A stretch of DNA of 64,000 nt from an uncultured Pseudomonadota bacterium (GTDB lineage: Bacteria; Pseudomonadota; Alphaproteobacteria; Rs-D84): the NCBI GenBank assembly GCA_949290785.1, contig CASETE010000012.1, positions 431 to 64,430 on the forward strand, written 5' to 3'. Below are positions 1-8,900 of the stretch, piece after piece. Each line of letters starts with the position of its first letter. Within the stretch, counting starts at the first letter, position 1. The position numbers were made by a program, and so were the translations under genes. Below the pieces are notes generated by a model. It ran no database searches, was not told the origin of the DNA, and saw nothing but the letters and a program-made list of their open reading frames with translations.

Positions 1-1220
1 ATAATCATATATTCACCTTCTGGTGACGCAAATTTTAGACGACTAAGCAAGCATTCTGTTATAAGTGAAGAAAACACAGTACGAGTTGTTACATTACTTG
101 TTATGTAAGTATGACCTTCTGGCGGTGCAGGATCAAATATACCGTCAGAATAACCAGGACATTGATATCTAATATTATTATTACAATAATATCCGCCAAC
201 ACCACATTGTGAACATTTATTACCATTTAACCAATATCCAGGCAAACAATTTATTTGTTCACTGCCCGCGGGGCATTCGGAATTTTGTGGACATATATCA
301 CACCCAGTGCCATTTTTGTAATATCCCGCATTGCATGTAAAATCATCCGCGCTGGTACAGGTGGAGTTTGCGACACACTGTGTACACGTGCCGCCCGCAT
401 TATAACAACCAGGGTTACAATTTGGTGCCGTGCCACAATCACCCGGCGCATAGTTCAAGCACCGACCGTCATCGTGTTTATACAATCCGTCAGGACATAC
501 CATTTCATCAATCTTGCCACCGGGACATATAACCCCATCATCACACTTACTGCAACTGCCACCGGTACGATAATAACCAGACGCACAGTGGTCACGAATA
601 TTATCTAAATCAACAGTAGATTCACCCCTTGGGCAATAATAACCAGTTGGACATTTTGAACAAAGTCCATCACCATTTTTATAATATCCATTATCACAGG
701 TTATGCCAACAACGGCCTCGCCCGGTGGACAATAATATCCAATTCCACAAGGATAACATGTGCCCGAAAAATGTAAATAATATCCATCACCACAACGAAT
801 TAATGTTTCACCATCGCATACATGGTTTGCACAAGAAAGACATTGAACAACAGTACCGTTATCTCTTATCTGTTTATAATACCCATCGTTACAATAAAAA
901 AACTCATGCCCGCCCGCACATGTTGCATTCTCTGGACAGGCGGGGCATGCACCGTCCTTGTCATAAAATCCAGGCAGGCAATTATAATCTGTGCCGTTTG
1001 TGCAGGTTGAATTTTCAACACTGCATTTAGAGCATATATTACCGTTTTTATACCAGCCACTATCACAGACAAAATCAATACCGTCTGGGCATTCGGCGTT
1101 CGCGGGGCATTCATAGCAAAAATCGCCGTCGGCATATTCACCAACGTTGCAAGTTACAGCATTTGCAGAAAAAATCGGTGTTATTAAAAAGCAGCACAAC
1201 AGCAATATTTTTTTAATCAT
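1..1220 (-). CDS. Secreted cysteine-rich repeat protein, C-terminus cut by window edge (furin / ephrin-receptor-like GCC2_GCC3-type repeats)
   Basis: Absent from the ORF track because it runs off the window. Manual translation of the minus strand from ATG at 1220 stays open to position 1 (>406 aa). It starts with signal peptide MIKKILLLCCFLITPIFSANA, followed by about 12 repeats of C-x2-G-[YFW]-Y-x3-6-G-x-C-x2-C (CDSGWYKNGNICSKC, CDNGYYKNGDGLCSKCPTGYYCP, CNAGYYKNGTGCDICP). Plus-strand ORFs 255-608 and 629-1030 are antisense shadows. Confidence 0.8.
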   Translation of the reverse strand, partial: MIKKILLLCCFLITPIFSANAVTCNVGEYADGDFCYECPANAECPDGIDFVCDSGWYKNGNICSKCSVENSTCTNGTDYNCLPGFYDKDGACPACPENATCAGGHEFFYCNDGYYKQIRDNGTVVQCLSCANHVCDGETLIRCGDGYYLHFSGTCYPCGIGYYCPPGEAVVGITCDNGYYKNGDGLCSKCPTGYYCPRGESTVDLDNIRDHCASGYYRTGGSCSKCDDGVICPGGKIDEMVCPDGLYKHDDGRCLNYAPGDCGTAPNCNPGCYNAGGTCTQCVANSTCTSADDFTCNAGYYKNGTGCDICPQNSECPAGSEQINCLPGYWLNGNKCSQCGVGGYYCNNNIRYQCPGYSDGIFDPAPPEGHTYITSNVTTRTVFSSLITECLLSRLKFASPEGEYMI

Positions 1221-1348
1221 ACCGCAGTAATCCCCCCATATGATATTTTTTACAACCTTGATTTGATTTTAGAAAAAAATTCCCCGTCCCCGCAACAAAA
1301 AAATTCCCCACATATTAATGTGGGGTTTATATATGTATTATTCATAAA

Positions 1349-1696
1349 TTATTTTTTCCAAAATGCAAATCCAGAACGACGTTCAGTCTTTTCTTCACGT
1401 TGTTTTCTGTCTTCGCGTGCACGACGACGCTCTGCCCGACGTTCTTGAAAGCGACGTGCAGATTCTTCATCGCGTTGAATCAATTTTAATGTTGTAACAG
1501 ACAGTTTACCGTCGGTTCTGACTTCTTCCTCAAATTCTACGATATCATTTTCATTTAAAAATCTGATACCTGCATCCTTTAAAGAACTGGAATGAACAAA
1601 CACATCATCTGTATTCCCGTTTTCGTTCGGTGTGTCTGGCGTAATAAAACCAAAGCACTTTTTACCGTTATACCATTTTACTTTACCTTGACGCAT
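1349..1696 (-). CDS. Cold-shock domain protein with Arg/Glu-rich basic C-terminal tail
   Basis: MRQGKVKWYNGKKCFGFITP...DVFVHSS matches the CSD RNP-1/RNP-2 pattern. Start is moved to the internal ATG at 1696, preceded by AAGGAA. The tail reads RRFQERRAERRRAREDRKQREEKTERR. Confidence 0.85.
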   Translation of the reverse strand: MRQGKVKWYNGKKCFGFITPDTPNENGNTDDVFVHSSSLKDAGIRFLNENDIVEFEEEVRTDGKLSVTTLKLIQRDEESARRFQERRAERRRAREDRKQREEKTERRSGFAFWKK

Positions 1697-1831
1697 AATT
1701 GATTCCTTTCCTATGCTTGTTATGGACCCCATAAAACACGAGTTCCTGTAATAATTGTTAACAATACTTACAATGAAAGCAAGCAAAAATGAAAATACAA
1801 CAATAGTTTGATTTCCTATGCCGGTTTCCGC

Positions 1832-3268
1832 CTATTTAGCGGATTTTTTATAATAACGTTGTACCTCGGTCATGACAAAGTTAAACAACTTGCCCGCCAT
1901 CGTGTCCGAAGGCGCCGACCAATCGCGTTGAACATACGGCATCGCAGATATTAATATAAAACGAACCATAAACCTAAATATCTGACTTTCTTGGGCCTGC
2001 GTAAGTTTGGCCGGGGCGTTTTCTACATAAAAAACTTCGTTTGAAATTGCCGTGTCCAGTTTACCTATTATTCCGTCTAAAACCTTTTGCGGATAGTACA
2101 ACTTACAAGGCTTCGGAAAACCGTCAAATATCGTTACGTCATTACCCTGACTGTATAAAATGTTCCAACCAACACGATCAAACAAGTCTTCTAGGCACTG
2201 ACATATTAATAAATTATATTCTGAAATGCCCATGTTATGCGCACGCGCACCAAGACTAATGTTTAATGAAGCACCGGCCTTTTCAGACGGGCTCTGCATA
2301 ACAACATCGTTTTCATTCTGACGAACCTGCTCGTAATTAATGTGCGTCTGACGTTCAAACTCAAAAAAAGTACGAACCTGGCAAATTATTTCCATGGGAA
2401 CAACCCTGCCGTCTTTGCCGATGTCTATAATTAACTTTGCATCGCGATAATTACGCGGGTTATCCACGTCAAAAAAATTATCGCGAACAGACAAAATCCT
2501 GTCCGGCATGGTATCACATACATGCTCTATGAAAGTACGAGCCTGAGGTATCAAATCAAACAAGCATTTAACACGCCATACGTCTTGTAAACGCATACGA
2601 GGCTTTTTGATTTTATCCAACGCACGAACTAATTCTACGGCTATCTTTTCATGACCGGAACCTATTATGGACAACACCGTCTCGGATGGAGTAGAAATGT
2701 ACTTCTCGTTCAGTTTTTGACGAATCTTTATAGATATATCACGCGCTGTCTTTTCGTCGTCATAATTTGATACAATTCTATAAACAGCATCCGTAACCTC
2801 TTCCACATATGCGCTGTAATACTTACCAGTAATTTTATCAATGGCCCTGTTTACATTCTTCTGCGCACCAACGATGACCGTAACAATAGAAGATACTGCC
2901 AAGTCTATCTTGTGCCCCGCACCGCTGGTAAAAAACTGATTCCGCATAGGGTCTGCATCTAAACGATGATGTACTATATAAGGCGACAACGGATTTATGT
3001 CTGATATCTTTATCGGCTCATATATCGCATCGTCCGTTGCGTAATCATATCGCATAACAGGCGCCTTTGGCGCGCCAAAACATTTTCCAAGAAAATAAAA
3101 CACTTCCCGAAACCAAACAATGCTATTCGAATACAATTCAGATAAATACTGGGCCGCTTCCTCATTTATACGATCGGACGCACGCGCCGATTCTATTATA
3201 GCTAAATTCCGCCGATCGTTATCGGCGGTTTTGTCTATTGCATACGTATCGGAAAACTTGCTTATCAT
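1832..3268 (-). CDS. Hypothetical 478-aa protein, possible divergent RelA/SpoT-like nucleotidyltransferase fold
   Basis: Long clean ORF. The central segment LQDVWRVKCLF...VRDNFFDVDNPRNYRDAKLIIDIG...PMEIICQVRTFFEFERQTHINYEQVR resembles the spacing of D-x-x-G-x-R / GY-x-S-x-H / EIQIRT...H..YK motifs. Assignment is by eye only. Confidence 0.55.
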   Translation of the reverse strand: MISKFSDTYAIDKTADNDRRNLAIIESARASDRINEEAAQYLSELYSNSIVWFREVFYFLGKCFGAPKAPVMRYDYATDDAIYEPIKISDINPLSPYIVHHRLDADPMRNQFFTSGAGHKIDLAVSSIVTVIVGAQKNVNRAIDKITGKYYSAYVEEVTDAVYRIVSNYDDEKTARDISIKIRQKLNEKYISTPSETVLSIIGSGHEKIAVELVRALDKIKKPRMRLQDVWRVKCLFDLIPQARTFIEHVCDTMPDRILSVRDNFFDVDNPRNYRDAKLIIDIGKDGRVVPMEIICQVRTFFEFERQTHINYEQVRQNENDVVMQSPSEKAGASLNISLGARAHNMGISEYNLLICQCLEDLFDRVGWNILYSQGNDVTIFDGFPKPCKLYYPQKVLDGIIGKLDTAISNEVFYVENAPAKLTQAQESQIFRFMVRFILISAMPYVQRDWSAPSDTMAGKLFNFVMTEVQRYYKKSAK

Positions 3269-3282
3269 GTCAGCACAGCACC

Positions 3283-4761
3283 TTATTTCATAATCGGAAA
3301 TAATACAATGTCACGCAAAGTTGGCTGATCAAAGATAATACTCGCTAATCTGTCCACGCCCATGCCTACACCCGAAATCGGCGGAAATCCATGTTCCATC
3401 GCACGAACGAAATCGTTGTCCGGATTAAAGGCTTCTTCGTCACCATCCGCAATATTTTTTGCCTGCTCTTCAAATGCGGCCTTTTGCTGAATTGGGTTGA
3501 CTAACTCTGAATAACCTTTACATAATTCCGCACCGCAAGCCAACAATTGATACATATCTATACGACGAACGTCTTCGTCGTTGCGACGCGCCAACGGAAC
3601 CATGTACGCTGGATAATTGTACAATACAGTCGGATTTACAATCTTGTCACGAATCTTGCGCTTGTAAACATAATCAACCAATGCCGGTAACGACTTTAAA
3701 TCTTCTAATTCTGACGCTGGGAACATACCCGCCGACACCAGTTTGTCGCGCAATTCTTCAACGTTTTCAAAGTCCAAAATATTACAACCAAAAAATTCGT
3801 TCATTTTTGCGGTATAATCTATCATCTCGTATTTTGAAAAGTCCAATTTCGTTCCCTGATATTCAATTTGTAACGTACCACGACATTTTTGCAATAGGTA
3901 TTGTATCAAATCCCAAGTGAACTTTATGTTCTTGTTATAATCCCAATAAGACGCATACCATTCAACCATAGTAAATTCTTGCAAATGCATGGCATCCATA
4001 CCCTCGTTACGAAAGTCCTTGGCAACTTCATATACGCGATCAAAGCCAGCACCGATTGCTTCCTTTAAGAACAGTTCCGGCGATATACGCAACTGAAAAT
4101 CCGCATCCAATGCATTATGATGCGTGGTAAATGGACGCGCCGCCGCACCACTAGCAATATTCTGCATGATTGGCGTCTCTATCTCTAAAAATCCGTGACT
4201 GTTCATAAAATCACGCCAATGTTGCATCATCTTGAAACGACCCAACAAGGCCTGTCTTGATTCGGAATTTGATATTATATCTAAATAACGTTGACGATAT
4301 CTAGTTTCCATATCGGTCAAACCATGGAACTTTTCCGGCAAAGGACGCAACGCCTTGGAAAGAATATCATACTTTGAAACGCGTACCGTTAATTCGCCCG
4401 CAGTCGTATGATACAACTCGCCGGTAATACCGATAAAATCGCCCAAATCAACGTTAGCCTTCATAAACTTATACTGTTCTTCGCCCAGTTCTTCGCGCGA
4501 CATAGAAAACTGAATCTCGCCCTCTATATCATAAATACGACCAAACATAAGTTTGCCCAACCAACGCAACGCGGTAACACGACCAGCCAGTTTAACTTGC
4601 GCACCATCAGATAAATTTCGTGCGTCCGCAATCGTATGAGTACGTTCAAATTTATCTTTCCAAACAACACCGTCACGGGCGCGAATATTTTCTGCTTTTT
4701 GCAAGCGTGCTTGTAATTCATTCGTAGAGATTTTCGTTGTGTTGTTTGCGTTTTCTGACAT
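3283..4761 (-). CDS. lysS: Lysine--tRNA ligase, class II
   Basis: N-terminal OB-fold region and class II core motifs are present (FLEIETPIMQ, RISPELFLKE, GFDRVYEVAKDFRNEG, GVGMGVDRL). Start is set at the internal ATG 4761 (MSENANN) with GGAAC upstream. Confidence 0.95.
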   Translation of the reverse strand: MSENANNTTKISTNELQARLQKAENIRARDGVVWKDKFERTHTIADARNLSDGAQVKLAGRVTALRWLGKLMFGRIYDIEGEIQFSMSREELGEEQYKFMKANVDLGDFIGITGELYHTTAGELTVRVSKYDILSKALRPLPEKFHGLTDMETRYRQRYLDIISNSESRQALLGRFKMMQHWRDFMNSHGFLEIETPIMQNIASGAAARPFTTHHNALDADFQLRISPELFLKEAIGAGFDRVYEVAKDFRNEGMDAMHLQEFTMVEWYASYWDYNKNIKFTWDLIQYLLQKCRGTLQIEYQGTKLDFSKYEMIDYTAKMNEFFGCNILDFENVEELRDKLVSAGMFPASELEDLKSLPALVDYVYKRKIRDKIVNPTVLYNYPAYMVPLARRNDEDVRRIDMYQLLACGAELCKGYSELVNPIQQKAAFEEQAKNIADGDEEAFNPDNDFVRAMEHGFPPISGVGMGVDRLASIIFDQPTLRDIVLFPIMK

Positions 4762-4901
4762 GCTCGTTCCTTTTTGAACCGTTAAAGTTAAAAAAACGGA
4801 CGCCCAAAAGTGCGTCCGTCGTTTATAGAGGGTCGCACTTTTCAATTATAAGATTTTTTAAAATTGAATTTCATCGTGCACTGACCTTTTATTCTTAAAC
4901 C

Positions 4902-4978
4902 TGGTGCGAGCAAAGGGGCTCGAACCCTCGACCTCAACCTTGGCAAGGTTGCGCTCTAGCCAACTGAGCTACGCTCGC
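4902..4978 (-). tRNA. tRNA-Gly (GCC)
   Basis: The reverse complement folds as a cloverleaf: gcgagcg/tgctcgc acceptor, anticodon stem caacc/ggttg with loop ttGCCaa, T-loop ttcgagc, encoded CCA. Confidence 0.9.
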
Positions 4979-5043
4979 ATTGCGTGACATATTCTTACAT
5001 ATCTTTTTTATAATTGCAAGCATTTTTTACACAACATAAAAAA

Positions 5044-5063
5044 CCGCAGATAACTGCGGTTTT
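5044..5063 (-). terminator. Intrinsic terminator downstream of 5070-6059
   Basis: Hairpin ccgcag-ataa-ctgcgg flanked by A-run and T-run (bidirectional form). Confidence 0.7.
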
Positions 5064-5069
5064 ATTTGT

Positions 5070-6059
5070 CTAGAACCACTTCCATGGTTGCAAGACTTTT
5101 AACAAACCGTATACGGTACGTCTGTCCGTAAACGTATGACCACAACGCGGACATACTATGAACGGAGCAATTATAGCCTTGACCTTTTTGAAAGCCATAA
5201 CCCATAACAAAACGCCCAAAGCCCAAAACGCTATAACCAGACCCCATGCGACATAACCAAAGTACTTATTAACCGTATCCGTGATTATAGTTACCGTACT
5301 TAAACTGGACTTTTCCAGGTCGTTATATATCTTGGTCGCAACGCCCCATGAAGACGGACGCCATGGATATACGTGCTTTATACCATAGTTGGTTAATAAC
5401 GTCGTTCCCAAACCACCGCTATTTTTGTCCAGTTGCGATTTAATTGCAGTGTCAATCATGTCATCAATTTGTACCTGCAATACGCTGGTTAAGTCTGTTT
5501 CTATCTTGTCAAGTTTCTGATTCACTAATTTGGCAGTATCGTCGACCTTGGCAATAGTATCGTTTGCTTTGTTAACAGTATCGTCAACCGCACCAATCGC
5601 TTTGTCTACACCGCTGGTATCAACGCCAAACATACCTGCCAAGCCAGATATCTTTTTCGCCTTATCGCTGGTTTCTTTGACGTCTTGTGTAGCGTCTTTT
5701 GCCTTTGCTGTTGTATCCGTTACTTTATCAACAGCATCTTCGGCCATACGCACCTTATCTATGGCAAAAGCAACCGGTTCTTCAAGATTGATAGAGTCTT
5801 TTATACCGTCTAACAATTTTTCATATTGCTCTACAATATTTCTTTGCAAATCAAAAAACATTGATACAACAATTGACTTCTTGATAGGTTCAGAATACGT
5901 GTTCTTGACCCATAATGGCGCCCAAACCACAAACACAATCCATATCACAGAAATAACTGCGAATATCCGCTTGGTACGCGTTACAAAAGAAGTCTTTTTC
6001 TTGACGGTTTTAGCACCGCCCATATCTATGACTTCTACTTCTTTCTGTTTTTTTGGCAT
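5070..6059 (-). CDS. Hypothetical membrane protein with central coiled-coil/low-complexity Asp-Lys-Thr region
   Basis: Start is at the internal ATG 6059 (MPKKQKEVE), preceded by AAGGAGAA. There is an N-terminal TM (IFAVISVIWIVFVVWAPLWV) and C-terminal TMs. Confidence 0.7.
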   Translation of the reverse strand: MPKKQKEVEVIDMGGAKTVKKKTSFVTRTKRIFAVISVIWIVFVVWAPLWVKNTYSEPIKKSIVVSMFFDLQRNIVEQYEKLLDGIKDSINLEEPVAFAIDKVRMAEDAVDKVTDTTAKAKDATQDVKETSDKAKKISGLAGMFGVDTSGVDKAIGAVDDTVNKANDTIAKVDDTAKLVNQKLDKIETDLTSVLQVQIDDMIDTAIKSQLDKNSGGLGTTLLTNYGIKHVYPWRPSSWGVATKIYNDLEKSSLSTVTIITDTVNKYFGYVAWGLVIAFWALGVLLWVMAFKKVKAIIAPFIVCPRCGHTFTDRRTVYGLLKVLQPWKWF

Positions 6060-6119
6060 ATTTTCTCCTTTCGTTATATAAGCAGTATAATAAAACACGT
6101 CCGTTTTTTTCAATAACTT

Positions 6120-6467
6120 TTATCGGGTATTTTCTTTAAATTTTTTTATTTCGTCTTTGTACGCTTCTAGCATAATCTGCACACCCGGATTTTTATGCTG
6201 AAGTTCCATAATTGCCGTTAACGTCTTGTAATATATTTCTGCCTTGCTGTTTTTATCAAACGTCGTTACAGAAATTGTCGTATTTAAATTCCATTGATTT
6301 GAAGAAGCCTTCATATTACCCAATGTGTATATATAAATTAAATTACCAACACTTTTCTTTGATACAGCTAAATATAATTTATCCGTAGAATTTAATGATA
6401 TAGTTGATGCATCTTTATTCTGATTCAACCATTTAATTGCCAAGTTCGTTTTTAATTTTTCTAACAT
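6120..6467 (-). CDS. Hypothetical protein (115 aa)
   Basis: ORF is packed tightly between neighbours; its stop lies 6 nt before the downstream gene. No recognisable motif. Confidence 0.55.
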   Translation of the reverse strand: MLEKLKTNLAIKWLNQNKDASTISLNSTDKLYLAVSKKSVGNLIYIYTLGNMKASSNQWNLNTTISVTTFDKNSKAEIYYKTLTAIMELQHKNPGVQIMLEAYKDEIKKFKENTR

Positions 6468-6468
6468 A

Positions 6469-7581
6469 TTATTCTTCGCCTGTATATTTCGTTATAAACT
6501 CTTTCTTAAACTCTGCAAATCTGCCCTGCTCTATGGCCACACGAATGTCGCGCATTAAATCTTGATAAAACCACAAGTTATGTTGCGTCAACAAAGTCGC
6601 CCCCAATATTTCGTTACACTTTATCAAGTGATGAATATACGCGCGCGACAACCGACATGCCGGACAACCACACTTGTCATCTAAGGGCGTTGGGTCGTCA
6701 CGAAACTTTGCGTTTTTCATATTCATGGTACCATGACGTGTAAATGCTTGCGCCGTTCTGCCCGCACGCGTTGGCATAACGCAATCAAACATATCTATGC
6801 CACGTTCTACCGCGCCGATTATATCAAGTGGCGTTCCCACCCCCATTAAATATCTTGGTTTATCTTCCGGTAACAACGGAGTTGTTGTTGCAATCATATC
6901 AAACATAACGTCTTGTGGCTCGCCAACTGCCAAGCCGCCAACGGCATAGCCGTCAAACCCAATTTCAGTCAGCGCCGTTGCAGACTTTATACGCAAATCT
7001 TTAAAATCAGCCCCTTGGACTATACCGAATATTCCATATCCTGGGCGGTCAACGAAAGCATCTTTACTACGGCGCGCCCAACGAGTCACCATATCCACGT
7101 TCTTTTCTACGCGTTCGCGCGGTGCCGGTAAATGCAAACATTCATCCAGAACCATCGTTATATTAGAATCTAACTGATGTTGAATACGCACTGAATCTTC
7201 CGGACGTAAAAAATGCTTTATTCCACCGTCTATATGCGAAGTAAACTCTACGCCCTCTTCTTTCATTTTTACCAAGTTAGACAGCGACATAACTTGGAAA
7301 CCACCACTGTCAGTTAATATAGGACCTGTCCAACCACTAAACTTATGAAGTCCGCCCATTTTTTCAACTAAATCGCCACCAGGGCGCATCATCAGATGAT
7401 AAGTGTTTCCCAAGATGACTTCGGTACCAGTTGCACGCACTTGGTCCATAGTAAGTGCCTTGACCGTTGCAGCCGTTCCAACCGCCATAAACGCAGGCGT
7501 TTGAAAGGTCCCATGCGCCGTTTCTACTTCACCGCGGCGCGCCATACCGTCTTTTGCAATTAAATTAAACTTTAACGACAT
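6469..7581 (-). CDS. tgt: Queuine tRNA-ribosyltransferase
   Basis: Motifs GTFQTPAFMAVGT, LGNTYHL, TDSGGFQV and DECLH are present, with zinc site CGCPAC...H. Confidence 0.95.
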   Translation of the reverse strand: MSLKFNLIAKDGMARRGEVETAHGTFQTPAFMAVGTAATVKALTMDQVRATGTEVILGNTYHLMMRPGGDLVEKMGGLHKFSGWTGPILTDSGGFQVMSLSNLVKMKEEGVEFTSHIDGGIKHFLRPEDSVRIQHQLDSNITMVLDECLHLPAPRERVEKNVDMVTRWARRSKDAFVDRPGYGIFGIVQGADFKDLRIKSATALTEIGFDGYAVGGLAVGEPQDVMFDMIATTTPLLPEDKPRYLMGVGTPLDIIGAVERGIDMFDCVMPTRAGRTAQAFTRHGTMNMKNAKFRDDPTPLDDKCGCPACRLSRAYIHHLIKCNEILGATLLTQHNLWFYQDLMRDIRVAIEQGRFAEFKKEFITKYTGEE

Positions 7582-8900
7582 TTATCATCCTTTGTGATTA
7601 TCATAGAATTTTGTTGCGACAAATCACCTATATTTTCGTTCCATACTTTAATTAAATCCGTATCATAGTCTGCACCATTTGAAAGTATTGAAATCGGACC
7701 GTCAAAATACCCACGTGAATTACGTATAACGTCTGCTGCCGTCATAGAATTTGACATTTTTATAACAGAATTAAAATCATATAAAGTACCAAAATCTAAA
7801 TAATATGAAATCAATTTAGCTGCACGCTTTTCATTTGACTCCAAGAAATCCGCATCGCCTAGTTTCATTTTGTTATTATAACGATTTATATAGTCGTTAG
7901 TGATATGATTTTTCATATAAACATCATTTACTGTCCTTGCCATTAACGAAACTACTTTTTCTAAATTTTCTGGTGTGGCGGTGGTACTAAAACCATTTAA
8001 ACGTTGCTCATTCGGCCCCCAAGAACCAGACTTAACCCCATAAACCAAACCATTTTCTTGTCTTAATACATTATATAAATTATACCGCATCCAATCTTCA
8101 AACGTCCTTACGCACATACGTTTAAACAAATTTTCTTCTTTATATTTATATAACTCTGGAAAAACAATAGAAAAATTAGTGTTTTTATCCTCTTTAATAC
8201 TGTAATGTGCAACATCTGGGACGTATGGAACTTCTTCTATATTTTTAGAAACATCAAACGCTTTAAGGAAAGAATATTTACTTTCTATGTCTTTTAACAA
8301 AGCATCTTTGTCTTCTATTTTACCAGATACACATATCACACAATTTTTAGCGGACAACCGACGTCCCATAAACAACTTCAGTTGTTTACGGTTAAACGAT
8401 TTTATATTTGCTTCCGTTCCAAGCGTGCGATAAGTAGGATATTTCCCAGCAAAAATTTTATTATTTATAAACTCATACACTTTATTATTCAAATTATCTT
8501 GTTTTCTTCTTAATTCGTCCAAGATAACCGTTTTTTCGTTTTCTATAACACTCTCGTCAAAAGACGAATTTTGCAACATATCACTAAAAACATCTAATAA
8601 AACTGGGGCGTTATCTGAATATATACGTCCATATAATTTTAAAGAATTATCCGATGTAGACGCATTCCAAATTCCAGAATTATCACTAATAAAATCATTT
8701 ATTTCATTATAGTCTTTGAAACGCTTTGTCCCCTTACATAACATATGTTCGCAAAAGTGTGTTATGCCGTATTCATTTGGCTTTTCATCGCGACTGCCTG
8801 TATCAAAAGTAACCACAACTTTTGTAGATGCCGCATCCATAGGGTCCAGAATAACAGTTAACCCATTTGATAACTTATGCAAACTTGGCTCAAACTTCAT
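7572..8900 (-). CDS. M16 (pitrilysin) family zinc peptidase
   Basis: Inverted zinc motif H-x-x-E-H occurs in GITHFCEHMLCKGT. Size is typical of the family. It overlaps tgt by 10 nt and abuts queA. Confidence 0.85.
   Translation of the reverse strand: MKFEPSLHKLSNGLTVILDPMDAASTKVVVTFDTGSRDEKPNEYGITHFCEHMLCKGTKRFKDYNEINDFISDNSGIWNASTSDNSLKLYGRIYSDNAPVLLDVFSDMLQNSSFDESVIENEKTVILDELRRKQDNLNNKVYEFINNKIFAGKYPTYRTLGTEANIKSFNRKQLKLFMGRRLSAKNCVICVSGKIEDKDALLKDIESKYSFLKAFDVSKNIEEVPYVPDVAHYSIKEDKNTNFSIVFPELYKYKEENLFKRMCVRTFEDWMRYNLYNVLRQENGLVYGVKSGSWGPNEQRLNGFSTTATPENLEKVVSLMARTVNDVYMKNHITNDYINRYNNKMKLGDADFLESNEKRAAKLISYYLDFGTLYDFNSVIKMSNSMTAADVIRNSRGYFDGPISILSNGADYDTDLIKVWNENIGDLSQQNSMIITKDDKCR

Noticed and set aside
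255-1030. Plus-strand ORFs 255-608 and 629-1030, and minus-strand ORFs 251-451 and 866-1144
   Set aside because: All lie inside the long minus-strand frame (codon starts at positions with remainder 2 on division by 3, counted from ATG 1220). That frame is open across the whole region and encodes a coherent signal peptide plus Cys-repeat protein. The listed ORFs are out-of-frame or antisense shadows with odd composition.
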